The translations under genes were made by a program, and so were the position numbers. DNA of 64,000 nt from Octopus sinensis (Eukaryota). The stretch spans positions 23,684,001 to 23,748,000 of the forward strand of contig NC_043018.1 of the NCBI RefSeq assembly GCF_006345805.1. Reading direction: 5' to 3'. Positions within the stretch are counted from its first letter, which is position 1, and each line of letters begins with the position of its first letter. Below the pieces are notes generated by a model that was not told where the DNA came from, ran no database searches, and was given only the letters and a program-made list of their open reading frames with translations. This document shows positions 1 through 14,712 of this stretch, piece by piece.

Positions 1-700
1 GGAAGAGTGGAGAAAAGCAGTTTATAGTCAGTTATACCAACCCTAGTGTTTTACTGGTACTTTATTACATCAACCCTGAAAGGGCAAAAAGTGGGATCTG
101 AGTTCAAATTGTGCCGAGGTCAATTTTGCCTTTCCTCCTTTCAGGGTTGATAAAATAAGCAGCAGTGGAACACTGGGGTCAATGTAATTGACTAGTCCCC
201 TCCCACCAAATTTCAGGCCTTGTACCTACGGTCAAAAGGATTATTATTAATATTATAAGGGCAGTGGACCAGCAGGAAAGATACTTCGCAGCATTTGTTT
301 CAGTTCTTTACGTTTTATGTTCAAATCCCACTGAGGGAAAGTTCCCCTTTTGCTCTTTCAGGGCTGATGAAATAAACATATCAGGCCACAGCTAGATGCC
401 CCTCCTAATGCCAACCACTTTACAGAACATACTGGGTGCTTTATGCATGGCACCAGAACTGATGGGATTACCAAGTAACTTGCAAGACAAAGGGCTCCTT
501 TCAATTGCCTTCAACCAAATCCACTCACACTTGCCCAAGGTGCCATGTAATGGGACTGAACCTGAAACTGTGATTGAGAATCAAACTTCTTACCCACATA
601 GCCATGCCTGCATTTCATTTGCATATAATTAATGTACAAATTATTACTCATGGAACCCCTAGAAAACTGATGGAATCCCAGGCTTCTGAGGAAAGTTCAC

Positions 701-747
701 CTGCAAAATGTTCATCAAGAACAACAGGTGTGCTTCTTTTACAAACG
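701..747 (-). CDS. SPAG17: SPAG17 probable exon 11 (FVKEAHLLFLMNILQ)
   Basis: Acceptor ttttatcttag in phase 1; aligns by eye to vertebrate EVERAFKVFTFESLK; donor CAG|GTGAAC is uncertain. Confidence 0.55.
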
Positions 748-3581
748 CTAAGATAAAAGTAAAACTCACTATTAAAGGTAATACTTCTTTTACAAAGACT
801 AAAATCAAAGAACTCACTTTTATGAGAAGTGCCATCTTTTGAGCAGAAGTGAAGAAATTCACGAGCTTCTGCCTCCACGATATGCCTCAGCGCTGTGACT
901 GGAAAATGTTCAATTCTAGAGAAACCAAACTTATCCAACATTTTGTCTACAACAGTATTTGGTACAAAATCATGGAAAGATTTCAAGTGATGGAAAAGCT
1001 TGCTGCTTTCATCCTGGTAACTGATTAGCCTCAATGGTTCTTCCTTGGGAACTTCTTTCTCTTCCAACTTATCATCAATCACCTATAACCAATCAATTAA
1101 TCAACAAATCAGGAAACCAGAGTCTAATATTCCATGCTAACTATTTTAGACAAAATTACAATTCAATGGCATTCCTTAACCCTTTCATTACTGTATTTAT
1201 TTTGAGATGCTCTGTGTTTCTTTCAATTACTTTAAATATAACAAAGAATTTAGTAAAATAACTTAGTTATCATTCAGCTAGTGTTAGGAATATAAATTAT
1301 GACAAAGGTTTGGTGGAAGATTTTTATTTAAAACTTATGTAAACAAGACATTCGTACACAGAGCCAGAGCCAGTTTCAGCCGGGTTGGTAACGAAAGGGT
1401 TAATGTTCTGCTTCCACAAACATCCAAATCTGTCAGTTCACCAACAAGTTTCATTCTCCCTATCTACCTACTTTATATATATATATATATCTACCTACCT
1501 GTTTATCTATCCATCTCTCTCTGTCTTCTGACTCGTCTACCTGAATATCTCTCTTTCTACCTGAGTATCTACCTGTCTATATATATATCTGATACCTATA
1601 CTTTTCTCTCTGTACCAGACTACCAATCTATCTCACTGCACCATCCTACCTTCTTACCTCCCTACTAATCTGTGTATTGACTGCTTGATGGTTAATGGGT
1701 TCAAGGAGGAGCAAGAATTCCTGAAATATCTACATACACCCATCACCTATTTTTCTACCTTCAATTGCATTGTTTAGACAGATGTACTTGTATACAGAAT
1801 CTTGTAACTTTCAGTGTTGGCTCTAAATTCTACAGAAAATCTGTAGAGATACTATTAAAAATGAATTACCTATCTATCTATCATTTTTTCCCTATTTCTC
1901 TCTCTGTCTGTCTGTTTCTTTCTGTCTATCTATCTGTCTCTGTCTCTCTCTGATGATGATGGCAATCCCTCAAGGTCAAGGATGATGGTCTTCGCGCAAA
2001 TTTACTGGTGAGTCCGTAGGTGACCGATAAGACCAATTCTTGCTTGAAAAGATCGGTCGCAGTGCAGACATCTAGTGCCGGAAGGGAGAGTCGCACGTGG
2101 TTGTTGTTGGCGCTCCTTCCGTAGTCGTCTTTTCTCCTCTTTCGATACGTGTGATAAATGCCAATACAGGAAATTCTCAAACCTTGAGTTACTACATTGC
2201 TTCTGCTAAATCTCTCTATATATAAAGCTGAAGTTATCTGTGTGTGGCAGGTTTGGTAGCCTTCAACTAACACTATCTCCTCCGAGTTTCTGTGGCGCAA
2301 GTTGACAAAAATTTAGAGTATAATAGAAGAAGGCTTGCTCTTCCTTCCGTAGAAGAAAAAATTCAAATCGGACCATGTTAACACCAAAAATGATTTACAT
2401 CATAAAGGTGCTTTTTTTTTTTTATGAAAATCCCTATTTTTTATGATTTTTTTACTGCTGTGTCACCATTTTTTGGTGTATTTCAACCAGAAAAATGTTC
2501 ACTTAAAGAGAATAACAAGCTACATAATGCAAAATTTTTACTTTTCAAAAATTCCAATTCTAAAGGGTTGAAACAAACCCGAGCAACACCGGGCGATACT
2601 GCTAGTATTAATAAAAATATACATATATTCATATTTTGAGTTCTATTTTTCCTGTTTCAGCCAATCGTAGCTTGGCGTGGTGGTAATTTGTGACGATGTC
2701 CTTCACTCTAGTTCTATCCCTGATCTCCTCATACCAGATGTGATCTCTTAGCGAGATTCACAACACTGACCTTTCCATGGCTCTCTGTACCATAAGCAGA
2801 TGTTGTTGTTCTCTCTTCATCAAGGACCAACTCTCACATATGTATAGCATTGCAGGCATGACTGTCCTGTTGAAGAGATTGGTACAGGTTGCCTTGTCTA
2901 GGTTCACCTTCAGCACATCATTCATTGAGCTGAATCTTCTCCATCCGGCTCTTACCCTCACAGTCACTTCTTCATTGTCAGGTCACTCTCGAGTGCCACT
3001 GGTAACTTGTTGCATCATCGGGTCATTGGCAACCAAACTAGCAACCCCACCACTGAGCTTGCTTAGTGAGGAGGATGTTGGACACCCTGCAGGACAAAAA
3101 ACAAAACTCATCAAAGGGCAGAGGAACTCATGAGTAGTCATCCAACAAAAATGCCATGGGGATTGAAGAGATACAAGGCTACAGGAGCACACCCCAAATG
3201 AAAAAGCAGCCAATGGCCTGCCTGCATATCAATTGGACCATTCCAAGGCAGTGGGGCATAATCCAAGCAATGAGAAGCTCCTGAGAATCTCAGGTTGCAA
3301 GAAGTCGCCAAGGAAACTGACCAATCTTGCCATATGCACCTACAACTGAAGTGACATATATAAATATATATTCTTTTATTCTTTTACTTGCTTCAGTCAT
3401 TTAACTGTGACCATGCTGGAGCACATTTAGTCAAACAAATCGACTCCAGCACTTATTCTTTGTAAGCCTAGTACTCATTCTATAGGTCTCTTTTTGCTGA
3501 ACTGCTAAGTTACAGGGATGTAAACACACCAACATTGGTTGTCAAGCAATGGTGGGGATACAAACACAGACAAACAAACAT

Positions 3582-3622
<41 letters not shown>

Positions 3623-4494
3623 AATACAGGCTTCTTTCAGTTTCTATCTACCAAATCCACTCGCAAGGCTTTGGTCGGCCTGAGGCTATAGTAGAAGACA
3701 CTTGCCCAAGATGCTATGCAGTGAGACTGAACCATGTGGTTGGTAAGCAAGCTACTTACCACACAGCCATTCCTGTGCCTACATATATATATATTACGGA
3801 GATGTACTTGCATAGTAAGTGACTAGATCTGAGATCATGTGCTGAAACAAAAACAATTGCAGCGTTGAAGGGGTTTATAAGCCATCACACAAAAACATAG
3901 CGATGGATGAAATACTGCTAAGCGTTTCATCCAGCATGCTAACAGTTCTACCAGTTCACCACTTTAATAATTGTAGTGAGTGCGCGATTTGAATATAGAG
4001 GCACCTACCTTCTCTTCTTAGTGACGGAGACCCTCCAGTGATGACTAGTCCTTCCTCACAGCCCCGACCCGAACACTAACGATAGCAGCTGCTAGCCCAA
4101 ACCCTTAGCGACGTCCTCACACGTCTTGTCACCTGCACGACCCACGTTGGAAAGGGCGCAATTTCCGCTCCCTGCGAACGCCTGACGGCTGACCCCTTCC
4201 GCTTGCCCCAGCTTCCGGTCAACGCACCCGGCTGCTGACGTCCAGCTGCTGACGTCATCCCACAATAATAATAATAATAATAATAATATATAATTGCGTT
4301 TGGGCATTTAGTGCAAATACAAGAGAAGATAACTCACCTCAGAGCAGTTGTCATCCAAAATAAGCTTCTGAAGCATCATAGACAGATGTTTTGCCAAATC
4401 TTGGTTCAAACCATCAAATGTAGGAGGTGGCTGATACTCTCGGGGAGGCAGTATACGTCTCTCTATTGCAACCACCTAATAAATAATACATTTT

Positions 4495-4528
<34 letters not shown>

Positions 4529-7500
4529 AGAGAGGCAATTACATGGAAAAATATATTAATTACAATAGTTTGGGTATGAAATACAAATGAGAAAAAAAGG
4601 GGCATTGAAGGGGCGATGCATACCCTACATGCAGATAAATTTTTTTTTTCAAATTCTAGTGTGACTTACAATGTGTTGCTTACCCATGTTTTTTAATTGA
4701 ACTGAATTCATTTCTCATTTTTTTTTTTCAAGTATCACCCGTATAGGTATTTATACTCTATGTTCTGAGTTCAAATTCTGCCAAGGTTGACTTTGCCTTT
4801 CATCATTTCGGGGTCGATAAATTAAGTACCAGTGAAACACTGGGGTTGATGCAATCAGCTAGTCCTCTCCCTCAAAATTCAGGCCTTGTGCCTTGAGTAG
4901 AAAAGATTGCTATTATTTACAGAACGTAGGAGTGGCTATAGGCGTAGGAGTGGTTGTGTGGTAAGTAGCTTGTTTACCAACCACATGGTTCCGGGTTCAG
5001 TCCCACTGCGTGGCACCTTGGGCAAGTGTCTTCTACTATAGCCTCGGGCCGACCAATGCCTTGTGAGTAGATTTGGTAGACAGAAACTGAAAGAAGCCTG
5101 TCGTATATATGTATATATATATATATGTGTGTGTGTATGTTTGTGTGTCTGTGTTTGTCCCCCTAGCATTGCTTGACAACCGATGCTGGTGTGTTTATGT
5201 CCCCGTTACTTAGCGGTTCGGCAAAAGAGACCGATAGAATAAGTACTGGGCTTACAAAAGAATAAGTCCCGGGGTCGAGTTGCTCGATTAAAGGCGGTGC
5301 TCCAGCATGGCCGCAGTCAAATGACTGAAACAAGTAAAGAGTAAAGAGAACTTTCACATGTCACTGCTTTTATATATATATATTACTGATATATATATAT
5401 TATTTGTCTCAGTCATTTGACTGCAGCCATGCTGGAGCACCGACTTTAGTCAAGCAAATCAATCACAGGACTTATTCTTTGTAAGCCTAGCACTTATTCT
5501 ATCAGCCTCTTTTGCCAAACCACTAAGTTACAGGGACGTAAACATACCAGCATCAGTTATCATGCAATATTGGGGGTACAAACACAGACACACAAGCGTG
5601 CACATGCACACACACACACGCACACACAAAGGGCTTCTTTCAGTTTCCGTCAAGCAAATCCACTCACAAGGCTTTGGTTGGCCCAAGGCAACAGAAGAAC
5701 CCAGAACAATGTGGTTGGTAAGCAAGCTACTTACCACACAGCCACTCCTGTGCCTATATACATTTGCTTCTATCTAGAAATCAAAGCAAATGACTACTAT
5801 CCCCTTCAAACTTTGTTCGATTTGCTTGTTGTCTTTGGTCAGTAAGTGCTATTTCCTATTTTGTTTCTATCTAGAAACCAAAAGAAATCAATACTATTCC
5901 CTTCGAACTTTGCTTTTGTGACCTGGACATCAATGTTTTGGAACTGACCTATTTTCCATTATATTTCAAACAGATTCAGTGCTGAGTTACTGAATTTCAG
6001 AAATATCATTATAGCAAACATTCTGCTCAGCACCACAGATTTGCTTGTCAGTTGCTTGACCTTAACCACTAGAGCATGTCCCTGAGTGGCTAACAATATG
6101 TTCATGATCTCTGATCATGAGCAGGAGTAGTGGAGGAGCATCATAGCCATATGCTGTGAGGGATTGGGGGGGGGGGGGGTTGAATAAATATCATAACAAA
6201 AGCAAAGTTTGAAGGAAGTATTAGCCATTTTTCATACTTTCTTGGGGTAAGCAGATAGGAAATAACAGTTGCTATCCCAAAATCATGTTACACAGTATAA
6301 TCCTTAACCCCTTACCCAACAATTATTTTTAAAATAAATGCATTTTTTCAGACATATTTTTTAATTGTTTTATTTTACTATGTTTTGAATGGTGATTTTG
6401 AGGTATATTTCAAACCTTATTTATTATGAATTTTAATTCAATAATATTGATTTTAAGTTACCGCTTTGGGCAGAAATGAGTTAACCCGTTTTTAGACGAA
6501 GGAACTTGTTTGCTGTTGATTTTGGCGAGTCTATCTTTTGACGAGTTAACTCGCCAGAGATAGAAAAAAACGATTTCAGTCAAAATGCATATATTCGTTT
6601 CTGCCGGGTAAGGGGTTAAGCAACCACACATTTGACACTGAAAAGATATACTCATTGTAAGAGATTGTCCAGTAAGAAAGGAGACAGCAACAAACCTGTT
6701 CGATCATGGCATGCAAAATGAGGGGAACGGTGACACACTCCATGGGAATGGTATCCATTAAGTCATCATAATAACGCATGTCCAGAGTGGTAAAAGTACG
6801 TGGCTCAATTAACGGATATTGAGGTGGGGGTGGCACGATGCACAAATCTAATAAAATAAAAAATATAGAAAAAGTAAGCAAACAAGTAAAACAATTCGGA
6901 AAAAAAAGGGAACAAATGGTAAAGAAGATTTTAGGGTGTTCTCTAAAATCTTCTTTTCCATTTGTCTTGGAAAGAGAATTGGAAGAAAAAGATAATAGAT
7001 TTTTACCAAACGGCACGTAAAAAGCACCATCCATCCGTGGCCGTTTGCCAGCTCCGTCTGGCACCTGTGCGGGTGGCACGTAAAAAGCACCCACTACACT
7101 CACGGAGTGGTTGGCGTTAGGAAGGGCATCCAGCCATAGAAACACTGCCAGATCAGACTGGGCCTGATGCAGCCTTCTGGCTTCACAGACCCCAGTTGAA
7201 CCGTCCAACCCATGCTAGCATGGAAAGCGGATGCTAAATGATGATGATGATGATGAAGAAGGCCTCCTTCTTGTCCGAGTTTGTCATCTGTTTTACATTC
7301 ATAATTGATTTCAATAGTTTTACTTTGGGCAGCAGAGTTGTGAAGTTTGCTTTGCAAACACAAGTTTTGGATTCAGTCCCATCCCATGATGCCTTAGGCA
7401 AATGTCACCCACTATAGCTGAGGCCCAACCAAAGTCTTGTGAGTGAATTTGATAGATGGAAACTGAAAGAAGCCCATCATAGGTATGCAAGCAAGCATGT

Positions 7501-9304
7501 ATGTAGGTATACACATACAAACACACATGTGTGCATGTGTGTATGAATACCTGTGAAGGAAGGAAGGAAGGGTGGGTGGGTAGACAGACAGACAGACAGA
7601 CAGATAGAAATCCACTCACAAGATTTTGGTTGGCCTGAGCTATATCAGAAGACACAATTTGCCCAAGGTGGGACTGAACTTGGATCCATGTGATTGGGAA
7701 GCAAACTTCTTACTACAAAGCCCCAGCTGCACCTAAACTGCATGAGTTCTCATGCCAGGAATTGAACCCTAGTTGCCTGGGTGAAAGCCAAGAATCCTAT
7801 TTTTTCTTTTATTTTTAATAATTAAAAAATAAACATAACATAAAAAATACCCAGCTGTGTGTGTGTAAATACTCACTGCTTGAGATTGGGACAGCTCTAG
7901 GAGGTATGGGACCAATGGTCGGAACTGCGATTATTTTTGTGTTCCTTATGAAATTCCGATACATGCGCTGTTTTTCAACAATGCCATAAAGCGTGAAGGC
8001 AAACTTCTCATAGAGTTTGGCACACTGGAAAAGGTAAAAATAAAGACATGGATGTGAGGTGATGCACTAATACAGTGTGAGGAGCAGAACAATGTAAGGG
8101 GAAGGGCAGCGTGATGGGGTGATGAGGGTGATGGGGAGGGGAGGAGCAGTGTGACGGGAGGAATGGCCTGGTGGGGTGGGATGATGGGAAGGGGCAGCAT
8201 GATAGGGAGTGGTGATATGATGGGGAGGGTCAACATGAGAGGAGGGACAACATGAGGGGAGGGACAACATGAGGGGAGGGACAACATAAGGGGAGGGACA
8301 ACATGAGGGGAGGTACAACATGAGGAGAGGGACAACATGAGGGGAGGTACAACATGAGGAGAGGTACAACATGAGGGGAGGGACAACATGAGGGGAGGGA
8401 CAACATGAGGGGAGGGACAACATGAGGGGAGGGACAACATGAGGGGAGGGACAACATGAGGGGAGGGACAACATGAGGGGAGGGACAACATGAGGGAAGG
8501 TATGGTGTGAGGTGGGGTACAGAGTGCGATGACACAGGGTGAAGTGAAATGCAGTGTGATGAGGTGTGAGGTGAGGTACAGTATGAGGTGAGGTACATTG
8601 TGAGGTGAGGCACTTTGTGAGGTGAGGGATAGTGCAAGGTGATGTATGGTTAAGTACAGTGTCTAGTAAGGCTAAGTTGGCGAATTAGTAGTCCTAGGAT
8701 CCTAAGTTCAAATCTAGCTACAGCCATTGTCAATTCCAGAGGAATATTAACCATGAGAATCTCATGTCCCACTGCACAGCATCTTGGTTAATATCTTCTA
8801 TTTTAGCCCCAGGCAGACCAAAGTCTTTTTAGTGGAATTGGTAGCCATAAGCTGAAGCTTCTTGCATGTGTATATGTATTTTTCTATCTTGTTTTTTACT
8901 TGTTTCAGTCATTGGACTGTGGCCATGCTGGAGCACTGCCTTGAAGAATTTTTAGTCGAATAGATCGCCCCCAGTACTTTTTTTTTAAAGCCTGGTACTT
9001 ATTCTATCAGTTTCTTTTGCTGAACTGCTAAGTTCAGGGGGCATAAACACAGCAACACTGGTTGTCAAGCGAAGGGCTTCTGTCAGTTTCCATCTATCAA
9101 ATCCACTCACAAGGCTTTGGTCTGACCGAGGCTATAGTAGAAGATGCTTGCCCAAGGTGCTACACAGCGAGATTGAACTCAGAAGCATGTGGTTGGGAAG
9201 CAAGCTTCTTTCCACACAGCCACACCTGCATATATGTATGTATGTATGTGTGCATGTTTGTGCACCAATGTCTTGATATCAGGTGATGATCATACGTGGG
9301 CATC

Positions 9305-9335
<31 letters not shown>

Positions 9336-12300
9336 GCATACAAGTGATACTTGTTTTCTGCCTTCCGTACTTGGAAACGAGTAAGGATCAGTGACAGGAA
9401 AGGCATCCAACCACAGATAATCTGTCTCAACAAATTCCATCTGAGCCATTCAAACATGGAAAAGTGGACGTTAAATCAATAATGTTCAAATACACAATGA
9501 AATGCTTACAGTCGTTTTGAACTTAAAACCTCCAAGTTGGGAGTCCACCACTATATCCACACAGCCATTTCACCTCAACGACCAAAGATTGAGATAAGAT
9601 ATGATTCAAGAACACTATCTTATTTCTTTATTGCCCACAAGGGGCCAAACATAGAGGGGACAAACAAGGACAGACAAAGGGATTAAGTCAATAACATCAA
9701 CCCCAGTGCATAAGTGGTACTTCATTTATCAACTCCGAAAAGATGAAAGGCAAAGTCGACCTCGGCGGAATTTGAACTCAGAACATAAAGACAGACGAAA
9801 TACCGCTAAGCATTTCGCCCGGTGTGCTAATGTTTCTGCCAGCTCGCCGCCTTCAAGAACACTATCTGACACCAGTACATCTGTGGTATGTATTTTATCA
9901 ACTTCAGGAACATGAAAGCTAAAGTTGACTTTGATAGCATTTGAACTCATGATGTGAAGGGAAGCAACTAAATACCCAAGATGTTTTATCTGTTGCTCCA
10001 TAATCTACCAAACTCTGATAGCATGTAGCTTAGTGGTTACGGTATTCAGCTCATGATCGTGAGGCCGTGAGTTCAATTCCCTGTGGCGCACTGTGTCCCT
10101 GAGCAAGTCACTTTATTTCACATTTAATTCACTAAATTTAGTTCATTCAGCTGATAAAATTGAGTGGTCCCTGTATTTCAAAGGAACAGCCTTGTCACAT
10201 TCTTTGCCACCCTAAATCTCCCTGAGAATTACACTAACCCTTTCATTAACAACCCGGCTGAAACTGGCACTGAGTACAAATGTTCTGTTTTCATAAGTTC
10301 TGAATTAAAATCTTCCACCAAACCTTAGTCACAATTTATGTTCCTAACATTAGCTGAATGATAAGTCATTTTACTAAATTCTTTGTTATATTTAAAATAA
10401 TTGAAAAAAACATAGAACATCTCAAAATAAATACAGTAACGAAAGGCTTAAGATTATACATGTCTATGGAGTACTCAGTCACTTGTGCATTAATTTCATG
10501 AGCAGGGGCTGTTCTGTTGGTCAGACCAACCAGAACCCTCATTGTCGTAACTGATGGAGTGCCAATTCAATTTACCAAAAGACAATTCTGCAGATGAAAA
10601 GAAGGAAGAAAGTCCATAAGAAAAGAAAATCTTACATCGCTTTCTAAATTGGATTCCTTGTCATCTAGAAAGTCTGTGACGTAAATGTTACGAGTTTGTG
10701 ATGTTGCAGATTGCTCATTTAGGTAAATCATGGTCCACTTCCAGAAATAATCCATTGCTTTCTTTAGGCGTTCAGTCTCAGCGGCCACAGCTTCTTCTTG
10801 AGCTGAAATGTTGAAATATTTATCACAAAGACATCATATATACACGAGGGTGTGCCGAAAAGTTCCTGGCTTTTGAGTAAAAGAAAGTACAGGAGGATCG
10901 GTTAATTATGATTTTATTCAACATATTCTCCTCTCAGATTCCACACACTTATAGCAGCAGTCTTTCAGTTTTTCTAAGCGTTGTAAAAAAACTCAGAAGG
11001 TTAGGCTTACAACCAGGCCAGGAACTTTTCACCACCTCCTCATGTATGCATGTATATATGTATATATATATATATGTATGTATATATATATATATATATA
11101 TATCGTAAGGTGTATTAGCCATCTGAATGTGGCTAGCCACTGGGGGGGGGGGGGGTACTGATGCTTTTAGCCCCAGGCGATCAATGTCACCAGAAGGACT
11201 TTAGACACTATCTCAGTGCCCTTGTGTTATTTGCAAAGGGAGGTCATCCTCCCTCGAAGACCCGAGTACTACATACGGACTATAGTTTCAAGGTAATTGC
11301 CTCTCGTCAACGCATATATCAGGTTGAGTAAAATGCAAGCAACATTTTGAACCATGGAGAATTAGGGGTGCATTTTTGCAGAGTTTTGAATTTTTTTTTT
11401 AAACATTTTTTTGAAATTGTCTGATAATACAGACACAGACTTGCCCAAATGCATCAATAAATTAACATTGATGTTTTTTTCACCGTTGTTACAATCATCT
11501 GAAATGGAAGGACATAAAGCAGCTGAAACTGCTCATGACATCAACAAAACGTTTGGTGAGGAAATGACCAGTGAGTGGTCAGCTTGAAAATGGTTTAAAC
11601 GATTTCACAGTGGAGACCTGAGCTTCGAAGATCGTGAGAATAGTGGACGCCCATCTGTCATTGATGACGGTCAATTAAAGACCGTCATTGAGAAAGATCT
11701 GCATAAAACCACTCAAGAACTGGGAAAGAACTTCAAGTTAGCCAGAAAACTGCCTGCAACCATTTGCATGTGATCGCAAAATTAAAAAATCTCAACAAAT
11801 GGGTACCACACGATTTGAATGAAAATCAGAAAATGCACGGGTATGAAATTTGCCTATTGCTTCTTCTCCATAACCAGACTGATCCAGTTCTCGACCATAT
11901 TGTAACTTGTGATGAAAAGTGGATTCCATACCTTAATAAAAAAACTTTATATACGACAGGTTGCTTTCAGTCACTGTCTACCAAATCTGTTAATAAAGTT
12001 TTGGTCAGTCTGGGGTATAGGAGAATGCACTTGTCCAAGGCACTATGAGGTGTGACTGAATCCAAGACCACATGGTTTGGAAGCAAAATTCTTAATTACA
12101 CAGCTATGCCTACACCTGTACCTACACACACACACACACACACACTCAGGTGTGTGGGTATGTATATATATTTATGCTTTTATCTCTAAGCAATTATATT
12201 TTTATACTGTCCAATCCTGTTTATTTACTTTGTGCAGGGTTTAGTACCAGGTAGGCTATGGCACACAAGGGACCCACTAAGGTGTTTCTGATGGACTGTG

Positions 12301-14669
12301 AACCCTCCCTAAAATTTTTCAAATATATTGCATTTGTGGGACAGTGAAGTTGGTGGTTTTTAGATAGGCTTTTGTGCCATGATTTATTCAACCCTTCAGC
12401 ACAAAGATTACTCTGTCAAATGAAATATTTATTTATTCACATTGTTTTGACTCAATCATGCAATCTGGGACACCACAGTCTGCGACTATTTTGCACCCCT
12501 CCATATGCTGGATACTGCAGTAAATGGGAGGGTCATGAGGCTATAGTAGAAGATGCTTGCCCAAGGTGCTACACAGTGAGATTGAACTCAGAAGCATGTG
12601 GTTGGGAAGCAAGCTTCTTTCCACAGAACAAAACCCTGTTGTATCAGGACCTGTCAGTGAACTATCTCTTCCAGCCTGTGGCGCTTGAGACATTTGGAGG
12701 GGCTGGGCCACTAACAGTGAAGTTCTTGTCATCATTGGCTGCTGGACTTACTGAGGTGTTAGGTGATGCCTGTGAGGGTGACTGGCCTTTCCAATGCCTC
12801 ACCATTACCCATAGTAATGCAGTGGGCATGTTGGCTTGCTTCAGTAGGTTCCAATGAACTGTGTGGTATGCAACTAATTGAGGCACTTAGTGTAACACTG
12901 ATGTTTTTTCTCTTTCTCCTTTTTGTTTCCTTTCATAAAATATATTTCTTTTCGCTGAATTATTGCAAATTGTAACAATTGTTTAGTACCTCCCAACACA
13001 ATAGTAAGCCCGTCAGATGTCGCCGAAAGAAAAACAGTAGAGTGTTGCTAAAAAAAAAATTATGCATTAACTCAAAGCTTTGAGACTTCAATGATATGAT
13101 TATTTATTTTTAGAATGACATTGTAGAATAAGTATAAGAGGTAGGATCTGGCTGGTTTCAACATAAAATGAGTAGACTATTTGTGTCTGGTGGTTAGTTA
13201 ACTGCAGAAAGGTTAATCTTAGCATACATAAGCATTGCCTGATACAGAAATGTTAGGGGAAGAATATGAAAGGATATTTTTATAGATAAGATATGATATA
13301 CATGCTGGGCCAAGAACAAATGTAAAAAAAGACTCAAATGTAGGTCATTCCAGTAGTTTGTATTTACCAATTAATCTTGAGTCTTTAGGTATGAGGTTGT
13401 CCTTGTTTATCACCTCAACGGCCAAACCAGTATAATGGATAGAACCAAACTTCACAACAACATCAATCAGGATATCAATATCAGCTAAAAGTATTGGTAA
13501 ACTGGGTTCATAGAATCCGCTAATAACAGCATAATAGTTAGGACCGAATTCTGGTTCATCATCTGTGCAGAGAAACAAACAATCTGTATAATTAGTCAGA
13601 AAATATTGTAGAGAAGAAAATTCTGTGATTAAATAACTAAATGGCAGGATTGGTAAAACACCAGACAAAATAATGGAATTAATTGGTAGAGCCGAGAAGA
13701 AAATGATTCTTCTGCCATGACACTGCATCCTTTAAGGCCCTCATGCTTTCCGAAATCCGTCGAAACTACACCTGATTATATATGCACTTTAGATGAGTTG
13801 TAGTGCACCTGAGCACTGTACACAATGTTTATTATTATTATTATTATATTATTATTAATTGAATCATTTTGTCCCCTTCTCTGTTGATTATTAATTTATT
13901 CAATGGAACATACAAGTAAGGCATAATCCTGGCCCCCAGCTGAGAGGGGCAATAATTCTCAATAAGGTTGACGATTTGTGATAACTAGGCCATCTCATGC
14001 CAACTTGCAAAACAGGCATAAAATTGATGATGAGAAAGATGCAGCTGCTGTTGCTGATGATGATGATGATAAAGCCACTACCAACCCTGCTACGACCAAT
14101 GATGATGTTGACAGAGAAAATTAGATGTCAATTAATTAAGCAATATGATTTTTATAAGAAAAATAGGAGCAGGAGTGGCTGTGTGGCACCTTGGGCAAGT
14201 GTCTTCTACTATAGCTTCAGGTCAACCAAAGACTTGAGTGGATTTGGTAGACAGAAATGGAAAGAAGTCCATCGTGTGTGTGTGTGTGTGTGTACTTGTG
14301 TTTGTCCCCCTAACAGCGCTCGAGAATCGATGTTTGCATGTTTACGTCCCCGTAACTTAGCAGTTCAGCAAAAGAGACCGATAGAATAAGTACTAGGCTT
14401 ACAAAGAATAAGTCCTGGGGTAGATTTGTTCGACTAAAGGTGGTGCTCCAGCATGGCCACAGTCAAATGAGTGAAACAAATGAAAGAATAAAAGAATACA
14501 AATATAGGCGCAGGAGTGGCGGTGTGGTAAGTAGCTTGCTAACCATCCACATGGTTCTGGGTTCAGTCCCACTGCGTGGCACTTTGGGCAAGTGTCTTCT
14601 ACTATAGCCTCGGGCAGACCAAAGCCTTGTGAGTGGATTTGGTAGACGGAAACTGAAAGAAGCCTGTCG

Positions 14670-14712
<43 letters not shown>

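Noticed and set aside
648-1082. 144-aa ORF as a single exon or gene
   Set aside because: SPAG17 similarity switches frame after a GT-AG intron at 748-817.
7946-8637. Three long overlapping minus-strand ORFs
   Set aside because: Translation of a 17-bp minisatellite; the real exon (7877-8024) is in a different frame from the ORF that overlaps it.
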